A stretch of DNA of 64,000 bases, taken from positions 736,001 through 800,000 of the forward strand of contig CBDFLE010000006.1 in assembly GCA_965248925.1 (NCBI GenBank). The letters run 5' to 3'. Position numbers and translations under genes: made by a program. The notes beneath the pieces were generated by a model. It was given only the letters and a program-made list of their open reading frames with translations, made no database searches and was not told the DNA's origin. The first letter of the stretch is position 1. Each line of letters starts with the position of its first letter. Source of the DNA: Candidatus Multivoradales bacterium. Lineage in GTDB: Bacteria > Acidobacteriota > Thermoanaerobaculia > Multivoradales > J023. Shown piece by piece: positions 18,740 to 27,705 of the stretch.

Positions 18740-19894
18740 TCAGTTGATCACCCGCCGCGCCATGTCGGCGGTGATTTGGATGCTGCGACGTCCGGTGGCA
18801 TCCGAACCGAGTCCCTCGAAGCCCCAGGGATCAAACTCGATGGGGTTGATGATCTCACTGAAAATTGGCCGCAATGCCCGCGCGCCGGTGCGGGCGTCTT
18901 TGGCCGCCGACTCGGCGATCAGCGCCACAGCCAGATCTTCGATCTCGAGATCGATGTCCATCACTGAGAAGTAGCGCTGCGAGCGGACGAAAGGCGAGTC
19001 GTAGGAATGCAGCAAGATCTCTTTTAGTACAGGAATCTCCAGATCATTGAGCAAAACCGCTTTGTCGAATCGGGCCATGAACTGGGGCACCACGCCGAAG
19101 TCGAACAGGTCCTTCGGCTTCAAGAAATCACTGAGGCTGAAGCGGGTCTCGATGCGCACCTGCCCATCGGCAGTGCGGATGGTCTCTTTGCGCAGTTTGA
19201 CTCCAGAGCCCGGCTTGGTGACCCGCTCGTAGACCTGATCGTAGAGCCCCTCGAAAGCGCCACCGCAGATGAACATCATGCGCGAGGTGTCTATCTGCAG
19301 CTTTTGGTGTTGCTCCTTGCCGTTTTCCCACACATGGGTCGGATAGGTCACCTGCTCGCCTTCCATCAGGGTCAGCAAGCCCTGCTGCAAGACGACGCCG
19401 ATCGGGTTGGACTTGCCGGCAATCACCGAGGACATCTTGTCGATCTCGTCGATACAGATCGTGGCCCGCTCGATGGCGGTCTTCAGCATCGCCGCCGAAG
19501 GCTGGTTGCCGGTGATCGCCCGAGCACGCTGTTCCACCGCTTCGAACAGGCGGTCGGGACGGAATTCCATGCGCTCGATGTCGACCAGCAGGTTGGCGTT
19601 GATGATCGTCACCGCGCGAAAGGGGTGGTACTCCGGAACCTCGTTGTAGAGCCGCTGGATGTTGTTCATGATGGTGGTCTTGCCGGTGCCCGAACTGCCG
19701 ACCATCAGCAGATTGCCCGAGACTTTGCCGGTGGTGTGCTTGTAGATCGCCACCGAGACGAAACGCAGGGATTTGTCTTGACCGAGCACCCCGCGACTGA
19801 GTTCGTCGTAGATCACCTGGGGGCGAATATCGATCAGCTCGCGCGGAGCGGCGGCGGTTGCGGGGGCGGTTGCGGGGTGAGCGGTTGCTTCCAT
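18740..19894 (-). CDS. divergent ClpX-like AAA+ ATPase
   Basis: VLGQD, GSSGTGKT, ICIDEIDK, QQGLLTLMEG, FICGGAF, TGARALR. No N-terminal Zn-finger. Confidence 0.85.
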   Translation of the reverse strand: MEATAHPATAPATAAAPRELIDIRPQVIYDELSRGVLGQDKSLRFVSVAIYKHTTGKVSGNLLMVGSSGTGKTTIMNNIQRLYNEVPEYHPFRAVTIINANLLVDIERMEFRPDRLFEAVEQRARAITGNQPSAAMLKTAIERATICIDEIDKMSSVIAGKSNPIGVVLQQGLLTLMEGEQVTYPTHVWENGKEQHQKLQIDTSRMMFICGGAFEGLYDQVYERVTKPGSGVKLRKETIRTADGQVRIETRFSLSDFLKPKDLFDFGVVPQFMARFDKAVLLNDLEIPVLKEILLHSYDSPFVRSQRYFSVMDIDLEIEDLAVALIAESAAKDARTGARALRPIFSEIINPIEFDPWGFEGLGSDATGRRSIQITADMARRVIN

Positions 19895-20081
19895 GGTTAA
19901 GACTCCGTTATCGGCACCTCCACGGCCAACCGTCGAGGTCTAGGTCCTGGATCGAACGGTTAACGTAGCATGTCCTTGAGTGCTACGGGTTCTCGACAGT
20001 GCTAGCATCGGACATTCCCGAAAGAGATTCCCCAACGGTGCTGTCGCCCAGTGTGACTAGTTCCATTTCAGTGAGGCTGCA

Positions 20082-20447
20082 ATGAGCTATCTGGCCCTCA
20101 AAGTTCTGCACATCACCGGCATCATGGCCGTCTTCTTGGCCCTTGGCACCGCTGCCGCCAGTTCTCTTAACGGCTCGACCGAAAAAAGCAGTCGAGCGGC
20201 CAAGCTAGCGGGCATGGTCCACGGTCTGGCCTTGATCCTGGTCTTGGTCTCCGGCTTTTGGCTGGTTACCAAGGTGGGGGTCGGTTTCGGCCTCTGGGTA
20301 TGGCTCAAGCTGGCCATCTGGCTAGTGCTCGGTGCGATGCTCGCTTTGGTTCGCCGAATGCCGCAATACGCCTCCCTGCTGTGGTTTACGATTCCACTAC
20401 TCGGAGCGTTGGCCGCTTTCTTGGCACTCTACAAGCCGGGTGCTTGA
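20082..20447 (+). CDS. small 4-TM membrane protein (SirB2-like)
   Basis: YLALKVLHITG, HGLAL, WVWLKL and four hydrophobic segments. Confidence 0.7.
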   Translation: MSYLALKVLHITGIMAVFLALGTAAASSLNGSTEKSSRAAKLAGMVHGLALILVLVSGFWLVTKVGVGFGLWVWLKLAIWLVLGAMLALVRRMPQYASLLWFTIPLLGALAAFLALYKPGA

Positions 20448-20460
20448 GCTACCTGCCCGC

Positions 20461-21174
20461 ATGCCCGCGCCCAGCTTAAGACTCCGACCTAGCAGCCGAC
20501 GGCGCGGAATCGCCTGCGCGCTGCTGCTCGCCCTATTCGCAGGGCCGCTGGCCGCGGCCCAACTCGATGGCCAAATAGAGGTCGAGAACCGCACTGGTCG
20601 CCGAGCTCGACGGGGCACCGTGAAGCTCGAACAAGCGGTGGTCTGGTTTGTGCCAGACCACCATCAGAGTTCGTGGACCAGCGACCAGCTGCCCAAAGTA
20701 GAGACCCTGAGGAAGGAGTTCGTTCCCCGAATCGTGCGCGTGCCAGTCGGCGGTAAGGTGCGCTTTCCCAACCGCGACCCGATTCTCCACAATGTCTTCT
20801 CAGTCACCACCGGCAATGCCTTCGATCTAGGTCTCTATAGTGAAGGCAGCGGTCGTGAGGTCACCTTCCAGCAGCCAGGGGTGGTGCAGGTGTTTTGTAA
20901 TGTCCACCACTCCATGGTGGCCTATGTGGTGGTTCTCGACACCCCCTATTCGACCCAGCCAGCCGCTGATGGCAGCTTCAGCTTGCGCGGCTTGCCCACC
21001 GGCAAAGGTACACTGAACATCTGGCAGGAACAGACCGAACCCTGGCAGCTGCGGATCGAGATCCCCCACGCCGGCCAGCTCGCCGCCCGCTTGGCGGTCA
21101 CCAAACCCAGGGTGCCGCAGCACCTCAACAAACACGGCAAGCGGTATCAACGTAGGAGGCGAAGTGAGTACTGA
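20461..21174 (+). CDS. periplasmic cupredoxin-like protein
   Basis: Signal peptide, FPNRDPILHNVFS and FCNVHHSM (His/Cys/His/Met type-1 Cu ligands). Confidence 0.8.
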   Translation: MPAPSLRLRPSSRRRGIACALLLALFAGPLAAAQLDGQIEVENRTGRRARRGTVKLEQAVVWFVPDHHQSSWTSDQLPKVETLRKEFVPRIVRVPVGGKVRFPNRDPILHNVFSVTTGNAFDLGLYSEGSGREVTFQQPGVVQVFCNVHHSMVAYVVVLDTPYSTQPAADGSFSLRGLPTGKGTLNIWQEQTEPWQLRIEIPHAGQLAARLAVTKPRVPQHLNKHGKRYQRRRRSEY

Positions 21175-23800
21175 GGAAGCGCCACGTTCGGCGGCCGGCC
21201 TATCACTCGGCGCCCGTATTTTCTTGGCCTGTGCGATGCTGGTGGCGCTGACCGTCGCCGCCGCCGTGCTATTGACCACCATACTCGGCCAACGCATCGC
21301 CGAGCGCGAAGCGGGCAAACAGCTCACCCGCTATGGCGCGATCCAAGAACTGCTCGAAGCTCGGCGCTTCGAGAGCCTGCGGTTGCCAGCCCTGAACCTG
21401 GGGGCCGACTCGACCTTCGTCAGCTACATCGCCCAGGCACTGCAGAGCGATGACCGGCTGTCGATGTTCGACCAGCTCGAAGAGCGCACGGTGGAGATCG
21501 AAGCAGATCTGGCGATCCTCTTCGATCTCGATGGTCGGCTGCTGGCTGATACCAGCGCCAGCGGCGTCGGCGATGCTGCCGACTTCGCCGCTGATCCACT
21601 GATCGCTCAGGCCCTGGAGGAATTCGAATCGGCGGGCCTGTGGCAACATCGCGACCGGCTCTACAACGCCGTCGTGGTTCCTCTGGTGGTCGACGACTAC
21701 GTCGAAGCCTACTTGCTCACCGCCTTCATCATCGATGATCAGATCGCCGAGGAGCTGGAGCGGGTAGGCGGCGCCGCCGCCACCTACTTCATCCTTGCCG
21801 ACGGGCAACCGCGACCCACCGCCGGCACCCTTGATAGTGGCGCCGCCGAACGCCTGGCGACGGCCCTGGTGCAACAGCCGGCACTGCTCGATCCACAAGC
21901 CAGCCACCTCGACCGCCAGCTGCACACCGACTTCGCCGGTTCGCCGTGGCTCACTCAAGTGACCCCACTGCTCGACAGCGCGGGTGAGCCGCTGGGGGCG
22001 CTCACCGCTTCGGTGTCCCTCGACCAGCAGCTGGCACCCTTTCGCCGCATTCGCAACTTGCTTGGTCTGGTCGGCTTGGCGTCAATCGCCTTGGCTTCCT
22101 TGGTATCCTTTTTCTTGTCCCGGCGAGTCCTGCAACCGGTACGCCAGCTAGCGGTCGCTGCCAGATCCGCGGCCGAGGGCGACTACGATGTCGAGCTACC
22201 GGCGGGTAGCCGCGACGAAGTCGGCCAGCTGGCGGGCTCGTTCCGCCGGCTGCTCGCCGAGTTGCGCGAAAAGCGCGATATGGAAGCCTATGTCAGCGAG
22301 TTGTCGCGCCACTTGCCGCAGGAGAGCGAGCTGGCCTCTTCCGCCCAACCCGAAGCCCCGACCGAGAGCCGCGAGCTAGCGCTGCTCGGCGTCGAACTGC
22401 GGGATTTTGCCAGCACCGCTAGCGACTCCCAGGAGCCGGCGGTGAAGCTCGAGTTGCTCGCCGGCGAGCTGCGTCGGATCGCCGACGCCGTACGCCTGAG
22501 CAGTGGCCAGATCGAGAGTAGCGCTGGCCATCGCGTGTTGGCTGCCTTCGAGGGTGCCAATCGGGTGGAACGGGCACTGGCCGCCGCTTCGAAGATCATG
22601 CGCCGACCCAACAACAACCCCCGGCCGGCAATCGCAATCGACGCCGGGCTCACCGTAAGCGGCACAGTGATCTGGGGCGAGCGCCCGTCCTACGCCATCA
22701 CCGGCGATAGGGTGGAACGCTTAGAAGCCCTGCTGCGAGCGATCAAGGCGGGCGGGTTGGCCCTATCCTCCAGCGCTCACCGGGCGCTCACTAGCGCACT
22801 CCGTAAAAGCGGTGTCGAGTTGCAGCAACGCACCAGTCCGATCGCCAAACTGCCGGTATTCCTGCTCAATGCCCAGACCGCGGAGCTGGTAGCGCAGAGC
22901 GACAACCAGCAAACCCGGGTGAGGGTCACCACCAGCCAACCCCACCACGCCGTCACCTTGAGCGCCTTGCAGGTGGCTCCCGGACGGCTGCTCGGCGACC
23001 GTTTCGACATCCTCTCGACCCTCGGCACGGGAGGCATGGGAGTGGTCTACAAGGCTCGCGACCGAAAGCTCGACGAGCTGGTAGCGCTGAAGATGCTCAA
23101 GCCCGCGGCCTGGAGCGATCCAACTCAGCTCGAACGCTTGAAGAGTGAAATTAAGCTCGCCCGCCGCATTCGCCATCCGAATGTGCTCAGCACTTTTGAT
23201 TTCGGCGAGATCGACGGCGTGCCCTTCATTTCCATGGAGTACGTCCGCGGCATCACTCTACGCCAGCTAATCGACCAAGCCGGCGCCCTGCCGCTGACCG
23301 CTGGCTTGCGTCTCGCCCGCCACATCTCCCTCGGCCTCGGTGCCGCCCACCAGCAAGGAGTAGTGCATCGCGACATGAAACCCGAGAATCTGATTCTCGA
23401 GCCCAATGGCAACGCCAAGTTGATGGACTTCGGCATCGCCAAACCCCTGGGCAACGTCGATGTACGGCAGACTCAGCCCGGCAGCCTGGTAGGCACTCCG
23501 GTCTATCTGGCGCCGGAGCAAGTCGAAGGCAAGGAGGCCGACGCTCGGGCCGACATCTACGCCAGTGGCGTGGTGTTATACGAGATCTTCACCGGCCAGC
23601 TGCCCTTCGCCACCGGCGGTAGCCTGATGGAAGTGCTGCGGCGCAAACTCGACGAAGAGCCGACGCCGCCGGAAGAGGCTTGGCCTGACATCCCGCCGCT
23701 GCTGTCCGCGCTGCTGCGCCGCTGCCTGGCCCGCCAGCCCGAGAATCGCTACCGCGACGCCAACGAGCTGCTCGCCGCCCTCGATCAGTTGCGCGAGTAA
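21164..23800 (+). CDS. membrane sensor Ser/Thr kinase (periplasmic domain-HAMP-degenerate cyclase-Hanks kinase)
   Basis: Two TM helices, HAMP (RDEVGQLAGSF), LGTGGMGVVY, VALK, HRDMKPEN, DFG, APE. Confidence 0.9.
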   Translation: MSTEEAPRSAAGLSLGARIFLACAMLVALTVAAAVLLTTILGQRIAEREAGKQLTRYGAIQELLEARRFESLRLPALNLGADSTFVSYIAQALQSDDRLSMFDQLEERTVEIEADLAILFDLDGRLLADTSASGVGDAADFAADPLIAQALEEFESAGLWQHRDRLYNAVVVPLVVDDYVEAYLLTAFIIDDQIAEELERVGGAAATYFILADGQPRPTAGTLDSGAAERLATALVQQPALLDPQASHLDRQLHTDFAGSPWLTQVTPLLDSAGEPLGALTASVSLDQQLAPFRRIRNLLGLVGLASIALASLVSFFLSRRVLQPVRQLAVAARSAAEGDYDVELPAGSRDEVGQLAGSFRRLLAELREKRDMEAYVSELSRHLPQESELASSAQPEAPTESRELALLGVELRDFASTASDSQEPAVKLELLAGELRRIADAVRLSSGQIESSAGHRVLAAFEGANRVERALAAASKIMRRPNNNPRPAIAIDAGLTVSGTVIWGERPSYAITGDRVERLEALLRAIKAGGLALSSSAHRALTSALRKSGVELQQRTSPIAKLPVFLLNAQTAELVAQSDNQQTRVRVTTSQPHHAVTLSALQVAPGRLLGDRFDILSTLGTGGMGVVYKARDRKLDELVALKMLKPAAWSDPTQLERLKSEIKLARRIRHPNVLSTFDFGEIDGVPFISMEYVRGITLRQLIDQAGALPLTAGLRLARHISLGLGAAHQQGVVHRDMKPENLILEPNGNAKLMDFGIAKPLGNVDVRQTQPGSLVGTPVYLAPEQVEGKEADARADIYASGVVLYEIFTGQLPFATGGSLMEVLRRKLDEEPTPPEEAWPDIPPLLSALLRRCLARQPENRYRDANELLAALDQLRE

Positions 23801-23808
23801 GCGGCCGA

Positions 23809-25752
23809 CTAGCCGTCGAGCGGTACCTGGCCTTCAGGCAAGATCAGCTCGCCTTGGTAGAGGCCAGCCGAACCCAGCCCCAAACGCTCACTGGCGACTA
23901 CCCGCACCCTGCCGGTTGCCAAGTGGCAAGCCACTAGTCGCCCAGGAGCGCCGTCCCAGTCCGCCTGCCAACGGGTCAGGATTTGCCACACAGCCCAGCC
24001 CTTCTCGGCCGCCAAGGGACGGCTGTATACAGGAGGCACGGGGAGTCCCGTCAGCGTCGGGATCTCACAAGCAGTCTCTACTCCGCTACCCGGTTTCCAG
24101 CGGCGAACTAGACGGCGACCGCCGCTCTCGCCAGCTAGCCACAGAAGGCTGCCTCGAGTGGCTCCCAGGCTCGCTCGCTCGGCCCCTCCCAAGAACACCC
24201 CGGCCCTTTCAACCTCACCGCTGATCGGATCGAGGAGAGCCAACTCGCAACCCCCCTCTTGGGGCAAACAAACCGGCTGGCGACCACCGAAATCAGAGGT
24301 GGTTATGCGGGCATCGATCACCGCTTCGCCCATCGGCCTAATGAAGTCGAGCCAGCTCTCGAAAGGCCGCGGCTCGCTGAGAAATTTGGCACCGGGCAGC
24401 GCCAGGACCCCAAAGCGGCATTCGCGCTGCTGCCAGTCATCTGCGGGGAGGAGCAGCCAGGACATCAAGAGCGAAGAATCGTCGAGCCACGAGACCTCCC
24501 AGATGTGGCCACGGGCAGGTATCTCGAAACGGCGCAGGAGCCCGTCCTGTTCGATCGAGAACAGCGACCACCGCTGCCCATCAAGCGGGTCGACCCAAGC
24601 GAAGCGTTTCCCTTCTGGCGACCAACCGGGAGAGAACCTGTCAACGTAGTGTAGACCGGCCGTCTGAACCACCGGAACGGCCTCAAGAGTCGCTAGATCG
24701 AGCAGCTGAAAACCACTGGCCTTATCGCCGCCCACCAGGGCACGCCGCCGATCCGGGGCCAGACGAAGCCTCATCCCGGTCACCGGCAAGTCTCGCCAAA
24801 CATGCACTGTGCCATCGTCTCGCCGCAGCCGGAGCATCGAGATCGAGCGGCGAGTATTGGGTCCTTGCACCAGCTCCAGGATGCCGCCATCAACAGCCCG
24901 AGCCAATATCGGACGACTGTCCGGCCCGGCACTCGGATGGACCAGCAACTGGCTCAAAACGGTGAGTGCCAGCACGGCTGGCGGAACCCCCCAAAGCAGA
25001 CCCAACAAACCCTTGGAAGGCCCTGTGGTAGAGCTCCTAAAAACCCCCCAGGCAGCCAGACCAAGAGCCATGACCCACAGAGAATCGTGCACCAAGAGGT
25101 GCTTGGCTACCGCCTTCGGCTGCCACCACAAGTCTTGCCCGATTCGCTGCAGGTAGACCTGGAAAGAAACCGCCATGCCAACCGCCGCGGCGCAGACCAA
25201 CACCCACCAACCCAGAGCCCTACCCGGTGAGCGACTCAGCACCGCAACGAGGACTGCCAAACCGATCACCAGCAGGCTGACCAGCAACCAGCTAGCCAGC
25301 GGCCAACCCGCGCTCAGCGTCCATAGGGACCTCGCGGCGAGTGGCAAGGGATCAAGGGCCGCCGTCCCCCCAGACAGCACATAGAAAGGCGAGAACCCGT
25401 TGACCAACAAGGCGCCGCAGAGGTAGACCATCAGCGCCGCGGCCAGCGCCAGAAGCCGCCCCAGAAACAACCCACTACGCGACAATGGCCGCGCCATCAA
25501 CCAGCGAAACTGCCCCGAGGCCCGATCCTGAGGCCAGCCCGAGAAGACCAAGGCCACCGCCAGCAGCGGGCCCAAAATCAGAATCAGCGCCGCTGCAGAG
25601 ATGATCGGAAAATCGTTTTCGGCCCAGAATCGCCAATGGCCGTTCAGCGATCGGTGAATCAGGAAGAGCAGTGGCCAGAACGACCAGCCAGCGATGATCA
25701 AGGGCGCGGAGCGGCGCAGCTCATAGGCCAGAAATGCGTTGAATTGGGCCAT
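23809..25752 (-). CDS. ABC permease fused to extracytoplasmic beta-propeller-like domain
   Basis: DRASGQFRWLMARPLSR permease motif, multiple TM segments, WSPEGKRFAW blade motif. ATG 25752 follows the ATPase stop. Confidence 0.7.
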   Translation of the reverse strand: MAQFNAFLAYELRRSAPLIIAGWSFWPLLFLIHRSLNGHWRFWAENDFPIISAAALILILGPLLAVALVFSGWPQDRASGQFRWLMARPLSRSGLFLGRLLALAAALMVYLCGALLVNGFSPFYVLSGGTAALDPLPLAARSLWTLSAGWPLASWLLVSLLVIGLAVLVAVLSRSPGRALGWWVLVCAAAVGMAVSFQVYLQRIGQDLWWQPKAVAKHLLVHDSLWVMALGLAAWGVFRSSTTGPSKGLLGLLWGVPPAVLALTVLSQLLVHPSAGPDSRPILARAVDGGILELVQGPNTRRSISMLRLRRDDGTVHVWRDLPVTGMRLRLAPDRRRALVGGDKASGFQLLDLATLEAVPVVQTAGLHYVDRFSPGWSPEGKRFAWVDPLDGQRWSLFSIEQDGLLRRFEIPARGHIWEVSWLDDSSLLMSWLLLPADDWQQRECRFGVLALPGAKFLSEPRPFESWLDFIRPMGEAVIDARITTSDFGGRQPVCLPQEGGCELALLDPISGEVERAGVFLGGAERASLGATRGSLLWLAGESGGRRLVRRWKPGSGVETACEIPTLTGLPVPPVYSRPLAAEKGWAVWQILTRWQADWDGAPGRLVACHLATGRVRVVASERLGLGSAGLYQGELILPEGQVPLDG

Positions 25753-25754
25753 GA

Positions 25755-26600
25755 TCAGGCGGCTCCTCGGGTCAGATGAATGAAAACCGACTCGACATCC
25801 GCAGGTTCCTGCCAAGCGACCGGCACCGCAGCTCGATACTCGCGCCAACTAGCCTCATGCCAGGCGGTGGCGAGAGTGCCCTCGGGGCTCTCCAGCACCG
25901 CCAGTTCGGCCGGCAGCGGCGGTGCCGTTGGTGGAAGATGGAGCCGGCGATAGCTCGAGCGCAGCTGGTCGACGGAAGCGTCCAGGAGCGCCTTGCCGGC
26001 AGACAGCACCACCAGGCGGTCAAGGCTACGCTCGATCTCCACCAGCAAGTGGGTGCTGATCAAGACGCCGGTACCGCTCTCTGCCGTAGCACTCAAGAGT
26101 TCGCCGATGAGCACTCGGCGACCCCCTGGATCGAGGCCCAGAGTGGGGTCGTCAAGCAACAGCAAGCGCGGCCGGTGCGCAAGCGCAAAGAGCAGTGCCA
26201 ACCGGCCTCGCTGGCCACGCGACAAGCGATCGGCGCGGGCCGCGGGGTCGATTTGCAAACGATCGATGAGTTCGTTCGCCAGTCCCTCGTCCCAGCGCGG
26301 AAAGCTGCGCTGCTGAAACCGAATCAGGTGCCGCACACGCAGACTCGGAAACGAGGGCTGCTCCGGCATCCAGCCGATTTCACCAAGATGCCGGCGACCG
26401 GCCGGCGAGTGTCCCAGCACGGCGATCTCTCCTGTCGTCGGCCGGCTGTAGCCCATCAGCAGATCCATGGTGGTGGACTTACCGGCGCCGTTGACCCCGG
26501 CCAGGGCAACAATCTCACCCTTGGCAACCACCAGATCGAGCCCATCGAGCACTACCCGATCGCCGAACCTCTGCTTCACATTGTCCATTCCGATCAGCAT
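25755..26600 (-). CDS. ABC transporter ATP-binding protein
   Basis: GVNGAGKST, LSRGQ, LLLLDDPT, STH. Confidence 0.92.
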   Translation of the reverse strand: MLIGMDNVKQRFGDRVVLDGLDLVVAKGEIVALAGVNGAGKSTTMDLLMGYSRPTTGEIAVLGHSPAGRRHLGEIGWMPEQPSFPSLRVRHLIRFQQRSFPRWDEGLANELIDRLQIDPAARADRLSRGQRGRLALLFALAHRPRLLLLDDPTLGLDPGGRRVLIGELLSATAESGTGVLISTHLLVEIERSLDRLVVLSAGKALLDASVDQLRSSYRRLHLPPTAPPLPAELAVLESPEGTLATAWHEASWREYRAAVPVAWQEPADVESVFIHLTRGAA

Positions 26601-27095
26601 TCAGTCCTCCGTTCCCGGGCGATCGCCAGCCTGCTGCCAGCGCTGCTTAATTTGCCCAAGAAGTTCCTCCAAGCTCATTCCCAGGCGGTGCGCCACCTGC
26701 ACCACGCCTGACAGTTCACGGTCCATGACGCGGCGCGCCACCACCGGCGCCTGCTTCGCCGCACCCTCGGCCACCACACTGCCAACCCCGCGAATCGACC
26801 GCGCCAAACCGAGCCGATCGAGCTCCCGGCCAACCCGCGCGGCGGTGTTGGGGTTGATCCGCAACTGGGCCGCCAGCCGCCGCACCGAAGGCAGGGCATC
26901 GCCTGGCCGCAGCGCCTTCACCGCCACTGCCATCGCCACCTGTTCGATGATCTGCTCGTAGAGCGGCACCGGACTGCCGCCGTCGATCTGCGGCAACCAT
27001 GCGGCAGAACCCCCGTCCGCTTCCGCGGTCGTCTGCCGTAGTTCGGATTTCGACTCTGTGTTCTTGTGTACTATCACGATAGTACGGTAATGCAA
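26601..27095 (-). CDS. GntR (YtrA subfamily) regulator; true start probably further downstream
   Basis: PLYEQI...LPSVRRLAAQLRINPNT, short C-terminus, precedes ABC genes. Confidence 0.88.
   Translation of the reverse strand: MHYRTIVIVHKNTESKSELRQTTAEADGGSAAWLPQIDGGSPVPLYEQIIEQVAMAVAVKALRPGDALPSVRRLAAQLRINPNTAARVGRELDRLGLARSIRGVGSVVAEGAAKQAPVVARRVMDRELSGVVQVAHRLGMSLEELLGQIKQRWQQAGDRPGTED
27068..27085. promoter_or_regulatory. YtrA-type operator palindrome
   Basis: GTACTATC-AC-GATAGTAC, a perfect inverted repeat at the 5' end of the gntR-ABC operon. Confidence 0.7.
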
Positions 27096-27302
27096 ATACC
27101 GGCAGAGGTCAAACTGTCCTCAGCCGCCTCAGTGAGTTTGACCCGCGGCAAGCGAGAGAACTCGACAACCAGGGTAAGCTGAAGGCCAACGACGCCGACA
27201 ATCCAGAATTCTTGCGCGCCAAGCTCGACCCGTGTGACCAAGCCATTGGCGCTCACGCCGAGTCAGGCTGAGAGGATCAACAATCATTCCGAGGTTCCTG
27301 AG

Positions 27303-27686
27303 ATGGTGATCCCCCGCATCCTGGCCGTCGCCTTCGGTGGCGCCATCGGCGCGGTCGCGCGCTATCTTCTGTCGGGTTGGATCGGTCGCCTGGCCCCATC
27401 CACCGCCCTGCCCTGGGGCACTCTGGCGGTCAACGTCTTGGGCTCGCTGCTCCTGGGCCTGCTGCTCGGCGCCAGCGAAGGGCGGATACAGCTCTCGGTC
27501 GAACTGCGGGCAATGCTCGGCGTTGGCCTCCTGGGTGCCCTGACCACGTTTTCGACCTTCTCTTACGAAACACTAGAACTTCTAGGACGGGGTGAGCTGG
27601 CCAACGGCGTGCTCAATGTGCTGCTCAACGTAGTCCTCACTCTCGCCGCTTGCTGGCTCGGTTTGCAGCTTGGCGGACGGCTCTGA
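27303..27686 (+). CDS. crcB: fluoride channel FluC/CrcB
   Basis: GGAIGAVARY, PWGTLAVN, GLLGALTTFSTFSYE. Confidence 0.93.
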   Translation: MVIPRILAVAFGGAIGAVARYLLSGWIGRLAPSTALPWGTLAVNVLGSLLLGLLLGASEGRIQLSVELRAMLGVGLLGALTTFSTFSYETLELLGRGELANGVLNVLLNVVLTLAACWLGLQLGGRL

Positions 27687-27705
27687 GGGCGACTCGACGG
27701 GCGAC

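Noticed and set aside
27100-27302. Fluoride riboswitch upstream of crcB
   Set aside because: No GGCGAUGGxGUUCGCC...GxUGAUGACxCC consensus is visible. There is only an unrelated GGTCAAACT/AGTTTGACC hairpin.
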